Assembly: GCA_965232515.1 (NCBI GenBank)
Contig: CBDDPY010000002.1
Location: forward strand, 576,001-640,000
Length of the DNA stretch: 64,000 nucleotides
Reading direction: 5' to 3'
Origin: Alphaproteobacteria bacterium
GTDB taxonomy: Bacteria; Pseudomonadota; Alphaproteobacteria; GCA-2731375
Both the position numbers and the translations under genes were made by a program. The notes under the pieces were generated by a model that saw only the letters and a program-made list of their open reading frames with translations, did no database searches and was not told the DNA's origin. Each line of letters begins with the position of its first letter. Within the stretch, counting starts at the first letter, position 1. Positions 47,224-56,131 of the stretch are shown here, piece after piece.

Positions 47224-48279
47224 ATGAACGGAAATCGGACATCAACCGTCCTTTGGCATGCCTATCTTTTTGTCGCCGAACTGCGATGGCAGGCCTTGGT
47301 GGCCGTCATTGGCGGACATGCACTGGTTGCATATGTGGGGCTTCGACTCGCAGGTGAGGGCGACCTGACCGGCTGGGTCGATTTCATTTACTTCTACACC
47401 ACGACCGCTTCAACGGTCGGCTATGGCGACCTTTCGCCGTCATCGCCGGCCGGCAGGCTATTCACCGCGATCTGGATTTTTCCAGGTGCGCTGATCATTT
47501 TCACCACGGTCCTGGCCAAGCTCACCACGACCTTCGCCAGCATCTGGAGACGCAGAATGGAAGGCTTCGGAGATTATAGCGGCTTGGACGGAGCCACGGT
47601 GATCGTCGGCCATCATCCCCAGCGAACGCGCCGGATGATCGACGAAATCATTGCCGGCGGCGGCGATTCGGCGCCGGTAATCCTGGTCTCACGCGAAAAG
47701 CCAAACTTTGACGACGAACGCGTTCGCTTCGTGCGTGGGGATACCCTGTCCAACAAACGCGATCTCTTGCGCGCCGGGATTGCGAGCGCCGCGAAGGTGA
47801 TCGTCTATGCCGATGACGACGAGAACACGCTTGCCGCAGCCATGGCGGTCGCGGCCATTAACGATTCAGCCCATCTTGTCGCCTACTTCGGCGACGAGCA
47901 GAAAGCAGAACTTCTGCAGGCCCATACGCGCGCCGTCTGCGTTGTTAGCCAGTCGGCCGAGCTGGTCGTGCGGGAGATGCAGGATCCGGGTGCGTCTCAG
48001 GTAATGACGGCGCTTTCGGCGGCCCGGACCAGCGATACGGTTTATTCGTTCGAAGTTCCGGATGGTTGCGCCGCCGATTACGGTACCCTGTTCGACGCGC
48101 TGCATCGCGAGTTCGGCGCCACGGTCATCGCGCGCGCGGCTGCGAATGGCGGTGAGCCCCAGTTCAACGCAGCGCGTGATGGCGCCTTGAGGAGTGGTGA
48201 TCAGGTTTTCTACATCAGGTCAACGCGCCTGAGCGATCGGGAGATCGGCGCGGCGCTGGCCACGGCACCACGGGGATAG
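47224..48279 (+). CDS. Two-TM potassium channel with RCK/TrkA-N domain
   Basis: TTTASTVGYGD selectivity filter; FVRGD, RAGIASA RCK motifs. Confidence 0.9.
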   Translation: MNGNRTSTVLWHAYLFVAELRWQALVAVIGGHALVAYVGLRLAGEGDLTGWVDFIYFYTTTASTVGYGDLSPSSPAGRLFTAIWIFPGALIIFTTVLAKLTTTFASIWRRRMEGFGDYSGLDGATVIVGHHPQRTRRMIDEIIAGGGDSAPVILVSREKPNFDDERVRFVRGDTLSNKRDLLRAGIASAAKVIVYADDDENTLAAAMAVAAINDSAHLVAYFGDEQKAELLQAHTRAVCVVSQSAELVVREMQDPGASQVMTALSAARTSDTVYSFEVPDGCAADYGTLFDALHREFGATVIARAAANGGEPQFNAARDGALRSGDQVFYIRSTRLSDREIGAALATAPRG

Positions 48280-48280
48280 G

Positions 48281-48919
48281 ATGTTCAAACTGTTCCGAGG
48301 CAAGGGCGATGGCGATAAACCGACGCTGCCGGAGATCCTCAAACTGACGATTGGCCGGACGGCGTTGATCGATGAGATCGCGCTGAAGCTGATCCCCGAC
48401 GACAGTCTGCTTGACGTGCCATCGGCGACGTTGCCGATCGTCGCGCAAGGCACCGCCGACATGGGCGAGGGGGTGACGCTGCATCGCTTCTACCCGGACG
48501 ACGATAGCGTGCTGCTGCAGGTCCTCGGCGGCGACGGTCGTGAAGACCAAACGGTTCAGGAGATAACACTGTTCTTCGTGTTGGATGCTTACTATCCCAG
48601 CGCGGACGCGGATTTCGAGGCTTGGCGGGAGCGCATTCGCCAGACCAGCTTCGATCTGAATGGCACGAATTTCCAACGGGCCTGGTTCGACAATTCGGAC
48701 AAGCCCGAGGATCCGGTCTCGTTCTGGGAAGACGTGTTCGATGACCGGTCGGCCGCCACATCGCGGCGGATCTACCAGACCTGCATGCTGTTTGTCAGGC
48801 GAATCGGTAGCTTCGACGAGTTTCTTTTGGTCAACATGGAAGAGCCAGAGGGGGCCGGCGACCGCTGCGTCAGCCTCATGGTGGGCGTGCCGCTTTCGCC
48901 GAACGCGATCGACGTATAA
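48281..48919 (+). CDS. yjfK: YjfK (DUF2491) family protein
   Basis: LHRFYPDDD, FQRAW, QTCMLFVR, EFLLVNMEE; yjf gene context. Confidence 0.85.
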   Translation: MFKLFRGKGDGDKPTLPEILKLTIGRTALIDEIALKLIPDDSLLDVPSATLPIVAQGTADMGEGVTLHRFYPDDDSVLLQVLGGDGREDQTVQEITLFFVLDAYYPSADADFEAWRERIRQTSFDLNGTNFQRAWFDNSDKPEDPVSFWEDVFDDRSAATSRRIYQTCMLFVRRIGSFDEFLLVNMEEPEGAGDRCVSLMVGVPLSPNAIDV

Positions 48920-48949
48920 GTTCGGTGCATAGCCTTTAGGGAAATAACG

Positions 48950-49360
48950 ATGGAAGAATTTCTCGCATCGGTATCGGGGGTCGTCCCGTTCCTGATCTAC
49001 TTCGTGTCCGCCATTGTCGTCGTGATGGTGTTCATGCGGATCTATACCGCGATCACGCCGCATGGCGAAGTCGAGTTGATCAAGCAGGACAATGCGGCCG
49101 CGGCGGTCGCCTACGTCGGCGCCATGTTCGGCTTCATGTTGCCAATAGCCTCGGCGATCGCCAATTCCGTCAGTTTGATCGATTTCGCGATCTGGGCCGT
49201 GATCGCCGGCGTCATTCAGCTAATTACATTTTTCATCTTTCGGCGGTTCTACCCCCGCATTTCGGAGCGGATCGAAGCCGGCGAAATGGGGGCCTCGATC
49301 CAGCTCGCAGGCGTGTCGGTCATGGTCGGCGTGCTGAACGCGGCATGCATCGTCTACTGA
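48950..49360 (+). CDS. yjfL: YjfL (DUF350) membrane protein
   Basis: YTAITPHGEVELIKQDNAAAA, GVLNAAC. Confidence 0.9.
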   Translation: MEEFLASVSGVVPFLIYFVSAIVVVMVFMRIYTAITPHGEVELIKQDNAAAAVAYVGAMFGFMLPIASAIANSVSLIDFAIWAVIAGVIQLITFFIFRRFYPRISERIEAGEMGASIQLAGVSVMVGVLNAACIVY

Positions 49361-49373
49361 TGCGGAGGCGGCG

Positions 49374-49928
49374 ATGAAACGATCAAAATCCGTTAAGTTG
49401 AGCTTGATGGCGACCGCCAGCGTGGCGTTGACGGCCTGCGGCGAGCCGGAGGTCGAGGGCAATATGTACCGGAGCGTCGCCGATTGTGTCTCGCAGGGCG
49501 CCCATAGCGAGCAGATCTGCAAACAATCATTCGACGAGGCTTGGAAGCTGCATCAGACCACGGCGCCACGCTACGCGTCGGAGCAGCTCTGCCAGGACGA
49601 GTTCGGTTTTCAGCAATGCCAGCGCACATCCGGCAACTATTGGAGCCCGTTCCTGACCGGCTTCTTTGTCTCGACCGCGTTGAGCAACGCCAGTAGCGGC
49701 AGCGGCGCCTATGTCGGCGGCAGCAGACCGATTTATCGATATCGTGATGGCCGGTTGCTCACATCATCTGGGGCTGAGATGCAAAGCGGCGGCAGATCGG
49801 TGGCTCTGCCGAAGTCTGCCGTGGAAGCGCGGCCGAAACCGGCCAAAGTGATGACCCGTACGGCCGTGATCAGTCGCGGCGGGTTCGGCGCGAGGTCGAG
49901 CAGCGGCGGATTCCGGTTCGGCGGCTGA
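49374..49928 (+). CDS. yjfM: DUF1190 (YjfM/YgiB) lipoprotein
   Basis: MKRS...LTAC lipobox, APRY...CQDEFG...C, ISRGGFG, Gly-rich tail. Confidence 0.88.
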   Translation: MKRSKSVKLSLMATASVALTACGEPEVEGNMYRSVADCVSQGAHSEQICKQSFDEAWKLHQTTAPRYASEQLCQDEFGFQQCQRTSGNYWSPFLTGFFVSTALSNASSGSGAYVGGSRPIYRYRDGRLLTSSGAEMQSGGRSVALPKSAVEARPKPAKVMTRTAVISRGGFGARSSSGGFRFGG

Positions 49929-49943
49929 GCCGCCATTCGTCAT

Positions 49944-50840
49944 TCAGTTCGCCAGCGCGCGGAACATTCCCGGCGTGAGGCCTGTCGCCTGCCGAAAGAC
50001 ACGGCTGAAGTGGGCTTGATTGGCAAATCCGCAGACCATGGCAATCTCGGCGAGACTGGCCTCGCGCGTTGACAGCATCGCCTTCGCGCGCTGCAGCCGT
50101 TGCTCGACGACGTAGCGGTGTGGGGTTTCGCCGACCGCGGCCTTGAAGGCGCGGGCGAAATGGTGGCGGCTCAGGCAAGCAATGCCTGCCATCTCCTGCA
50201 GACTCAGGGCGCCGTCGAGATTGGCGGCGATGTAGTCCTTCACCCGATTTAGCCGACGCAGATCAAGCGCACCTTCGGCTCGCGGCAACCGTGCGGCGCC
50301 GGGGCCGAGATTAGAGTGATGACGTAGCAGATAGGCGGCGAGCGTCGCGCTCAGTGTTTCGATCAGCAGGCCGCTTGCCGGCGCTGGGTCGGCGAGCTCG
50401 GTGCGGACGGCGCGGGCAATCTGTTCAATCAGCGGATCGTGGAAGCCGCCGTCATACTGAAGCTGAACGTTTGCCGGGTCGCGGTCAAACTCGGCCAACG
50501 ACGTCGTATCGAGCGGCGTATCCGGCAGGTAGAGATGGATGCTCTCGCTGATCTCGCCATTCAGGCGGATCATATCCTCGCGAATACCGGCCGGGCAGAG
50601 CCAGACCGTGCCCGGCACCGCCGCCGTTTGCTGCAGTCGACCGTCGCCGCGCCGGCGAACATTCAACCGGCCGTCAATCAGCACCACGACCTCTGTCTCG
50701 CGCGGCTCGATCTCCGCCAGATCGCCGGGCCGATGGCGCCATCGTTCAGCCAGCAACCCTTCCCAGGCGCGACCGTGGCTTGAAGCCAGGCAGACGCCTG
50801 TCGTGTATTTCTCGTCGCCGTGACCAACCAGCCCCGACAC
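49944..50840 (-). CDS. AraC family transcriptional regulator (alternative start 50927)
   Basis: LSRHHFARAFK, IAMVCGFANQAHFSRVFR, GLTPG. Confidence 0.92.
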   Translation of the reverse strand: MSGLVGHGDEKYTTGVCLASSHGRAWEGLLAERWRHRPGDLAEIEPRETEVVVLIDGRLNVRRRGDGRLQQTAAVPGTVWLCPAGIREDMIRLNGEISESIHLYLPDTPLDTTSLAEFDRDPANVQLQYDGGFHDPLIEQIARAVRTELADPAPASGLLIETLSATLAAYLLRHHSNLGPGAARLPRAEGALDLRRLNRVKDYIAANLDGALSLQEMAGIACLSRHHFARAFKAAVGETPHRYVVEQRLQRAKAMLSTREASLAEIAMVCGFANQAHFSRVFRQATGLTPGMFRALAN

Positions 50841-51109
50841 TGGCTTGTTCCGACCCTCGCCTGTTTCCCGGACACGCCGGGTTCGTTTTGCCGGCCGCCG
50901 ACAATCGGCGCCGGCCTCATTTGGCATTCAAGGCTAACGGAATATGCACGTAGCCGCCATGCCAAACGCTATCGCGGATTCGACGCTTCCGCACGTTCGA
51001 GCAAAACAAGCGCACGACCGGACAATTCTCACTCACCCGTCGAGAGCTATCCTGAGGTTCGCAAAGAACGTTCGCCTGAACGAACCGCACCTGAACAGGG
51101 GAGCAACCG

Positions 51110-53254
51110 ATGACAGAGACCACCGTGGTGGGCGCTTGCCCGCATGATTGTCCCGATACTTGCTCGATGCTGATCACGGTCAAGGACGGCCGCGCGACGG
51201 CGGTGCGCGGCAATCCCGATCATCCGTTTACGCGAGGCGGGCTCTGCGTCAAGGTCAACAACTATCAGGATCGGGCCTACAGCCCGGACCGCGTGCTGTA
51301 TCCGTTGCGGCGCAGCGGGCCCAAGGGCAGCGGCAAGTTCGAGCGCATAAGCTGGGACGACGCGCTGGCGGAGATCAAGCAGCGCTGGACAGCCATCATC
51401 GACGAACACGGTCCGACGGCGATCCTGCCGTACAGCTACCTCGGCACTGAAGGCATCTTGAACGGCCTGAACGTCGGCGATCCGTTCTTCAACAAGCTGG
51501 GCGCCACGATCAGCGAACGCACGTTCTGCGACTCCGGCTCCTGCACCGCCTACTTCATGACCATCGGTCCGACGCCGGGTGTCGATCCCGAGGCGTTCCG
51601 GTACTCGAAATACATCGTGCTCTGGGCCTGCAACACAATGAGCACCAACCTGCATCATTGGCCGTTCATCGCCGAAGCTCAGGCGCAGGGCGCCAAGGTG
51701 GTGGTGATCGATCCGGTCAAGACGCGGACGGCCAAGAAAGCCGACTGGCACATCCCGATCCGGCCCGGCACTGACGCGGCGCTGGCGCTCGGCATGATCA
51801 ACGTGATCATTGAAGAGGACCTGGTCGATCACGACTATGTGGCCAACTACACGCTGGGCTACGACGAACTGAAGCAGCGCGCGGCGGAGTATCCGGCCGA
51901 GAAGGTGTCGGAGATCACCGGCATTCCGGCCGACGATATCCGAACGCTGGCGCGCGAGTTCGCGACCAGCAACCCGGCCGTTGTCCGCATCGGCGTCGCC
52001 ATCGAACGGCACGCCGGTGGCGGCCAGACGGTGCGCGCGGTGGCCTGCCTGCCCGCCTTGACCGGCGCCTGGCGGCATGTCGGCGGCGGCATCCTGCAGC
52101 TGCCGATCTGGGCCTTTCCGATGGACTGGGGCAAGCTGCTGCGGCCCGATCTGCAGACGCCGGGGACCCGCGTGTTGAACCAGTGGCGGCTCGGTCCGGC
52201 GCTGGTCGGCGAGATGGACCTGGACCCACCGATCAAGTCGCTGTTCGTCTACAACTCGAATCCGGCCGTGGTTGCGCCCGAGCAAGGTAAGCTGCTGCGC
52301 GGTTTGGCTCGAGAAGACCTGTTCACGGTCGTCAGCGAGCACTTCATCACCGACACGGCCCAGTATGCCGACATCATCCTACCGGCAACGACGCAGTTGG
52401 AGCAGGAGGACATCATGTTCTCCTGGGGCCACCTCTACCTGTCCTTCAACAACCAGGCGATCGATCCGTTGGGCGAGGCGGTGCCGAACACCGAGTTGTT
52501 CCGCCGTCTGGCCGCGACCATGGGCTTCGACGACCCCTTCTTCCAGCGCAGCGATACCCAGATGATCGAGGAGTCGCTCGACTGGTCGGCGCCCGCGCTC
52601 GAAGGCATCAGTCTCGACGAGCTTCGCGAGACCGGTTACGCGCGGCTCAATGTCGGCACGCCGGAGACCTATGCGCCGCACAAGGAGGGCAACTTCCTGA
52701 CGCCGTCGGGCAAGTGCGAATTCAAGGCGTCCATGGCCGAGAACGGCAATTTCGTGCTGTCGCTGTTCCGTCAGGGCTCGGAGGAATTCCAGTCCGGCGA
52801 CCCGGTCGACCCGTTGCCGCACTACATCCCGCCGAACGAGTCGCCGATCACGAATCCGGCGTTGGCGAAGCGCTATCCGTTGAACCTGATGTCGCCGAAG
52901 AGCCACGCATTCATGAATTCGAGCTATGGCAACATGCCGCAGCAACTGCACCATGCCGGCGAGCAGGCGTTGATGTTGAGCCCGGTGGACGCGCGGGACC
53001 GAAACATCGGCGACGGCATGCCGGTTGTTGTCAGCAACGACCGGGGGTCGTTCCAGGCTGTCGCCAGGGTCGATGAGGACGTGATGCCGGGCGTGGTGGT
53101 GGCGCCGCTCGGTTATTGGCGTAAGTTGAGCCCCGGCGAAGCGACCGTGCAGGCCGTCAACTCCGGCGCCTATGCCGATCTGGGCAACGCGCCGACTTTT
53201 TCCGATAACCTTGTCGAGGTCGCGCCGGTAGCGGCCGCGCAAGCTGCGGAGTAG
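51110..53254 (+). CDS. Cytoplasmic molybdopterin oxidoreductase (DMSO reductase superfamily)
   Basis: CPHDCPDTC...LCVK Fe-S motif, ISWDDAL, PGTDAAL, TDTAQYADIILPA; no Tat signal. Confidence 0.92.
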   Translation: MTETTVVGACPHDCPDTCSMLITVKDGRATAVRGNPDHPFTRGGLCVKVNNYQDRAYSPDRVLYPLRRSGPKGSGKFERISWDDALAEIKQRWTAIIDEHGPTAILPYSYLGTEGILNGLNVGDPFFNKLGATISERTFCDSGSCTAYFMTIGPTPGVDPEAFRYSKYIVLWACNTMSTNLHHWPFIAEAQAQGAKVVVIDPVKTRTAKKADWHIPIRPGTDAALALGMINVIIEEDLVDHDYVANYTLGYDELKQRAAEYPAEKVSEITGIPADDIRTLAREFATSNPAVVRIGVAIERHAGGGQTVRAVACLPALTGAWRHVGGGILQLPIWAFPMDWGKLLRPDLQTPGTRVLNQWRLGPALVGEMDLDPPIKSLFVYNSNPAVVAPEQGKLLRGLAREDLFTVVSEHFITDTAQYADIILPATTQLEQEDIMFSWGHLYLSFNNQAIDPLGEAVPNTELFRRLAATMGFDDPFFQRSDTQMIEESLDWSAPALEGISLDELRETGYARLNVGTPETYAPHKEGNFLTPSGKCEFKASMAENGNFVLSLFRQGSEEFQSGDPVDPLPHYIPPNESPITNPALAKRYPLNLMSPKSHAFMNSSYGNMPQQLHHAGEQALMLSPVDARDRNIGDGMPVVVSNDRGSFQAVARVDEDVMPGVVVAPLGYWRKLSPGEATVQAVNSGAYADLGNAPTFSDNLVEVAPVAAAQAAE

Positions 53255-53331
53255 CCATCGCAAGACTGGACGCTAAGATAGGGCCCGCCAGACCCGGTAT
53301 CGTTTACGGGCAAGCCGATGGGAGGGGTTTG

Positions 53332-54972
53332 ATGGGCAGCGAAGACTCGGGCTTCGACTACGACGGCATGCGTGCGGCGTTCAAGCTGGACATGCCGCAG
53401 CACTACAACTTCGCGTTCGACGTGGTGGCGAAGCGCGGCCGCGAGGCTGACAAGGACGCGCTGATCGCGATCGACAAGACCGGCGAGCTGGTCGAACGGC
53501 TCAGCTATTCGGATCTGGATCGGATGTCGAACCGGTTCGCGAACGTGCTGCTTGAGCTCGGCGCCGCGAAGGGCGACTTCGCGCTTGTCGTGATCCCGCG
53601 AATACCGGCCTGGTACCATGTGCTGCTTGGCTGCATGAAGGCGGGCGTTGTGTCGATGCCCGGCACCAATTTGCTGACCGCCAAGGACTTCGAGTATCGG
53701 ATCAATCGCGCTGAGGCGAAGCTCGCGATCGTCACCAAGGAGCATGCGGCCAAGGTCGAGCAGATCCGGCACAACTGCCCCTCGCTCGAGAAGGTGATCG
53801 TGATCGGCGAAAGCCGTGATGGCTGGACCGACTTCGAGACGGCTTGCGCGGACGCCTCCGAAGACGCACCGGAGGTGCCCCCCACCGCCGCCGACGACCT
53901 GATGATGGTCTATTTCACTTCCGGCACCACCTCGATGCCGAAGATGGTGGGGCGGAACTACGGTTATGCATTGGCGCACACCATCACCGCCAATTACTGG
54001 ATGGGGCTCACGCCGGATGACGTGCACTGGACGCTGACAGACACCGGCTGGGCAAAGGCGGCCTGGGGACTGCTGTTTCCCCCGTTGCTGTCCGGCGCCA
54101 CGATCATGCTCTTCGACGGCGAGGGCTTCGACGCCGAGATGCATCTGAAGCTGATCGAGCGTTTCGGGGTAACGACGTTCTGCGCGCCACCGACGATCTA
54201 TCGGGTCTTCGCGCAGATGGACACGGGCCCATTCGACTTGAGCTCGCTGCGGCACTGCATGGGGGCGGGCGAACCGTTGAACCCGGAAGCCATGCGGGCC
54301 TGGAAGGCGGCGAGCGGCTGCGACGTCTATGACGGCTATGGCCAGACCGAGACGGTCAACATCGTCGCCAACTTCCCGGGCATGGAGATCCGGCCCGGCT
54401 CCATGGGCAAGCCGGTGCCGGGCCTCGACGTCGACGTCATCGACGACGACGGCAATATCGTCGGCGATGACGATGTCGGCCATATCGCAGTGCGGATCAC
54501 CGACCCCTATCCGCCGGGTCTGTTCGACGGCTATTTCCGGGATCCGGCGGCGACGGAGCAGTCCTTCCGCAACGATTGGTACTACACCGGCGACACCGCG
54601 ACCCGGGACAAGGACGGCTATCTCTGGTTCGTCGGCCGTTCCGACGACATCATCTCGTCCGCCGGCTATCGCATCAGCCCGTTCGAGGTCGAGAGCGCGC
54701 TGATCGAGCACAAGGCGGTTCTGGAATCGGCTGTCGTCGCCATGCCGGACAAGCTGCGCGGGGAGATCGTGATGGCCTATATCACGCTGGCACCCGGCTT
54801 CGAGGCCTCGGACATGCTGAAGGAAGACATCCAGTCCTTCGTCAAGGAGCTGACGGCGCCTTATAAATATCCCCGCGAGATCGAGTTTCGCGAGGCATTG
54901 CCGAAGACGATCTCTGGCAAGATCCGGCGTGTCGAGTTGCGTGAGGAGGCCCGGCAAAAGGCGCAGGCGTGA
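53332..54972 (+). CDS. Medium-chain acyl-CoA synthetase (ACSM-like)
   Basis: YFTSGTTSMPK, DTGWAK, GYGQTET, YTGD, GRSDD, PYKYPR, PKTISGK. Confidence 0.92.
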   Translation: MGSEDSGFDYDGMRAAFKLDMPQHYNFAFDVVAKRGREADKDALIAIDKTGELVERLSYSDLDRMSNRFANVLLELGAAKGDFALVVIPRIPAWYHVLLGCMKAGVVSMPGTNLLTAKDFEYRINRAEAKLAIVTKEHAAKVEQIRHNCPSLEKVIVIGESRDGWTDFETACADASEDAPEVPPTAADDLMMVYFTSGTTSMPKMVGRNYGYALAHTITANYWMGLTPDDVHWTLTDTGWAKAAWGLLFPPLLSGATIMLFDGEGFDAEMHLKLIERFGVTTFCAPPTIYRVFAQMDTGPFDLSSLRHCMGAGEPLNPEAMRAWKAASGCDVYDGYGQTETVNIVANFPGMEIRPGSMGKPVPGLDVDVIDDDGNIVGDDDVGHIAVRITDPYPPGLFDGYFRDPAATEQSFRNDWYYTGDTATRDKDGYLWFVGRSDDIISSAGYRISPFEVESALIEHKAVLESAVVAMPDKLRGEIVMAYITLAPGFEASDMLKEDIQSFVKELTAPYKYPREIEFREALPKTISGKIRRVELREEARQKAQA

Positions 54973-54985
54973 CGGCGAAGCGGCG

Positions 54986-56131
54986 TCAGGTCAGTGCTTT
55001 TTCGTAGACGCGATAGGTCTTGTAGTGGCGGCAGCCGGCGGATTCGACCAGTCGGCGCATGCCCATATTGTCTTCGAGGATCCAGCTGGCTTCGACCTGC
55101 TTGACGCCGTGCTTGATGCCGCTGGCGCGGATGCGGCTGATGATGGCGCAGGCGAGAGCGGCGCCGACCGGCGTGCGGTGATAGGCCCGGCGCACGCCCA
55201 TCAGCGGCACGCGCGCCGTCGCCACCGTGCCGAACTTGAGCCGCCATAGGAGCTTGGCCCAGCCAAACGGAAGCAGTTTTCCGTTCAAATCGCGGATGGC
55301 CTCGTTCAGGTTTGGCAGCCCCACCATCATCGCCGCCGGCGTTCCGTCGACGTCGGCAATGCAGACGAAGTCGTCGCGTAGCAGCGGCTTCAGCTCTTTC
55401 GCCACGTGCTGGATCTCGTCCTCGTCGAAGGGCACGAAGCCCCAGTTGTCGGACCAGGCGTCGTTGAAGATGTCCATGATGACCGAGATATCGCGGGCGT
55501 AGTTGGCGCCGGTCAGGCAGCGGACGACGATTTTGTGGCTGGCCTTGGCCTTCTCGGCCATGGTCTCAACGAAGGCCGGCAATGGTTTGGAAAAGTCGTA
55601 CAGATAAGCCAGCAGATCCTTGGCCTTGGCATAGCCCTGCCGTTCGATCCTGTCGCCATAATAGGTCGGCGCGTGCCCCATCATCATGAACGGCGCCGTG
55701 CCGAAGCCGTCCACGAGCAAGCCGGATTCGTCATTGATCGACAGCGAGAAGGGGCCGCGTACGCGCCGCATGCCGTGGGCCCGTAACCAGTCTTCGGCGG
55801 CGTTGAACAACGCGTTGAAAACGGCGGGGTCGTCCTCCGCCTCGAAAAAGCCGAAATGGCCCGTCGCGTCGTCGTGCTGCGCAAGAGACATCCGGTCGAT
55901 CTGCGCGCTGATGCGACCGACCGGCGCGCCGTAGCGCCGGGCAAGCCAGAACGCCGTCTCGGCATGGTTGAAGAAAGGGTTGGCCTTGCGGTTCAGATGG
56001 CCACGACGTTCGAATTCAAGTGGCGCGACCCAGTTTGGATCGGTCCTGTAAACGCGCCTGGGCATTGCAATGAAGCTATTCAGCGACGCGCTGTCGTCAA
56101 CCGGCTCGACCGTTAGACCGTCATCGCTCAC
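54986..56131 (-). CDS. GNAT-fold N-acyltransferase, bacterial ceramide synthase (bCerS/YghO)-like
   Basis: DPNWVAPL, NPFF, GRISAQID, GHFGFFE, GPFSLSINDESGLLVDGF, FNDAWSDNWGFVP, ARVPLMGV, SWILEDN; GTG 56131 overlaps the upstream TGA. Confidence 0.8.
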   Translation of the reverse strand: MSDDGLTVEPVDDSASLNSFIAMPRRVYRTDPNWVAPLEFERRGHLNRKANPFFNHAETAFWLARRYGAPVGRISAQIDRMSLAQHDDATGHFGFFEAEDDPAVFNALFNAAEDWLRAHGMRRVRGPFSLSINDESGLLVDGFGTAPFMMMGHAPTYYGDRIERQGYAKAKDLLAYLYDFSKPLPAFVETMAEKAKASHKIVVRCLTGANYARDISVIMDIFNDAWSDNWGFVPFDEDEIQHVAKELKPLLRDDFVCIADVDGTPAAMMVGLPNLNEAIRDLNGKLLPFGWAKLLWRLKFGTVATARVPLMGVRRAYHRTPVGAALACAIISRIRASGIKHGVKQVEASWILEDNMGMRRLVESAGCRHYKTYRVYEKALT

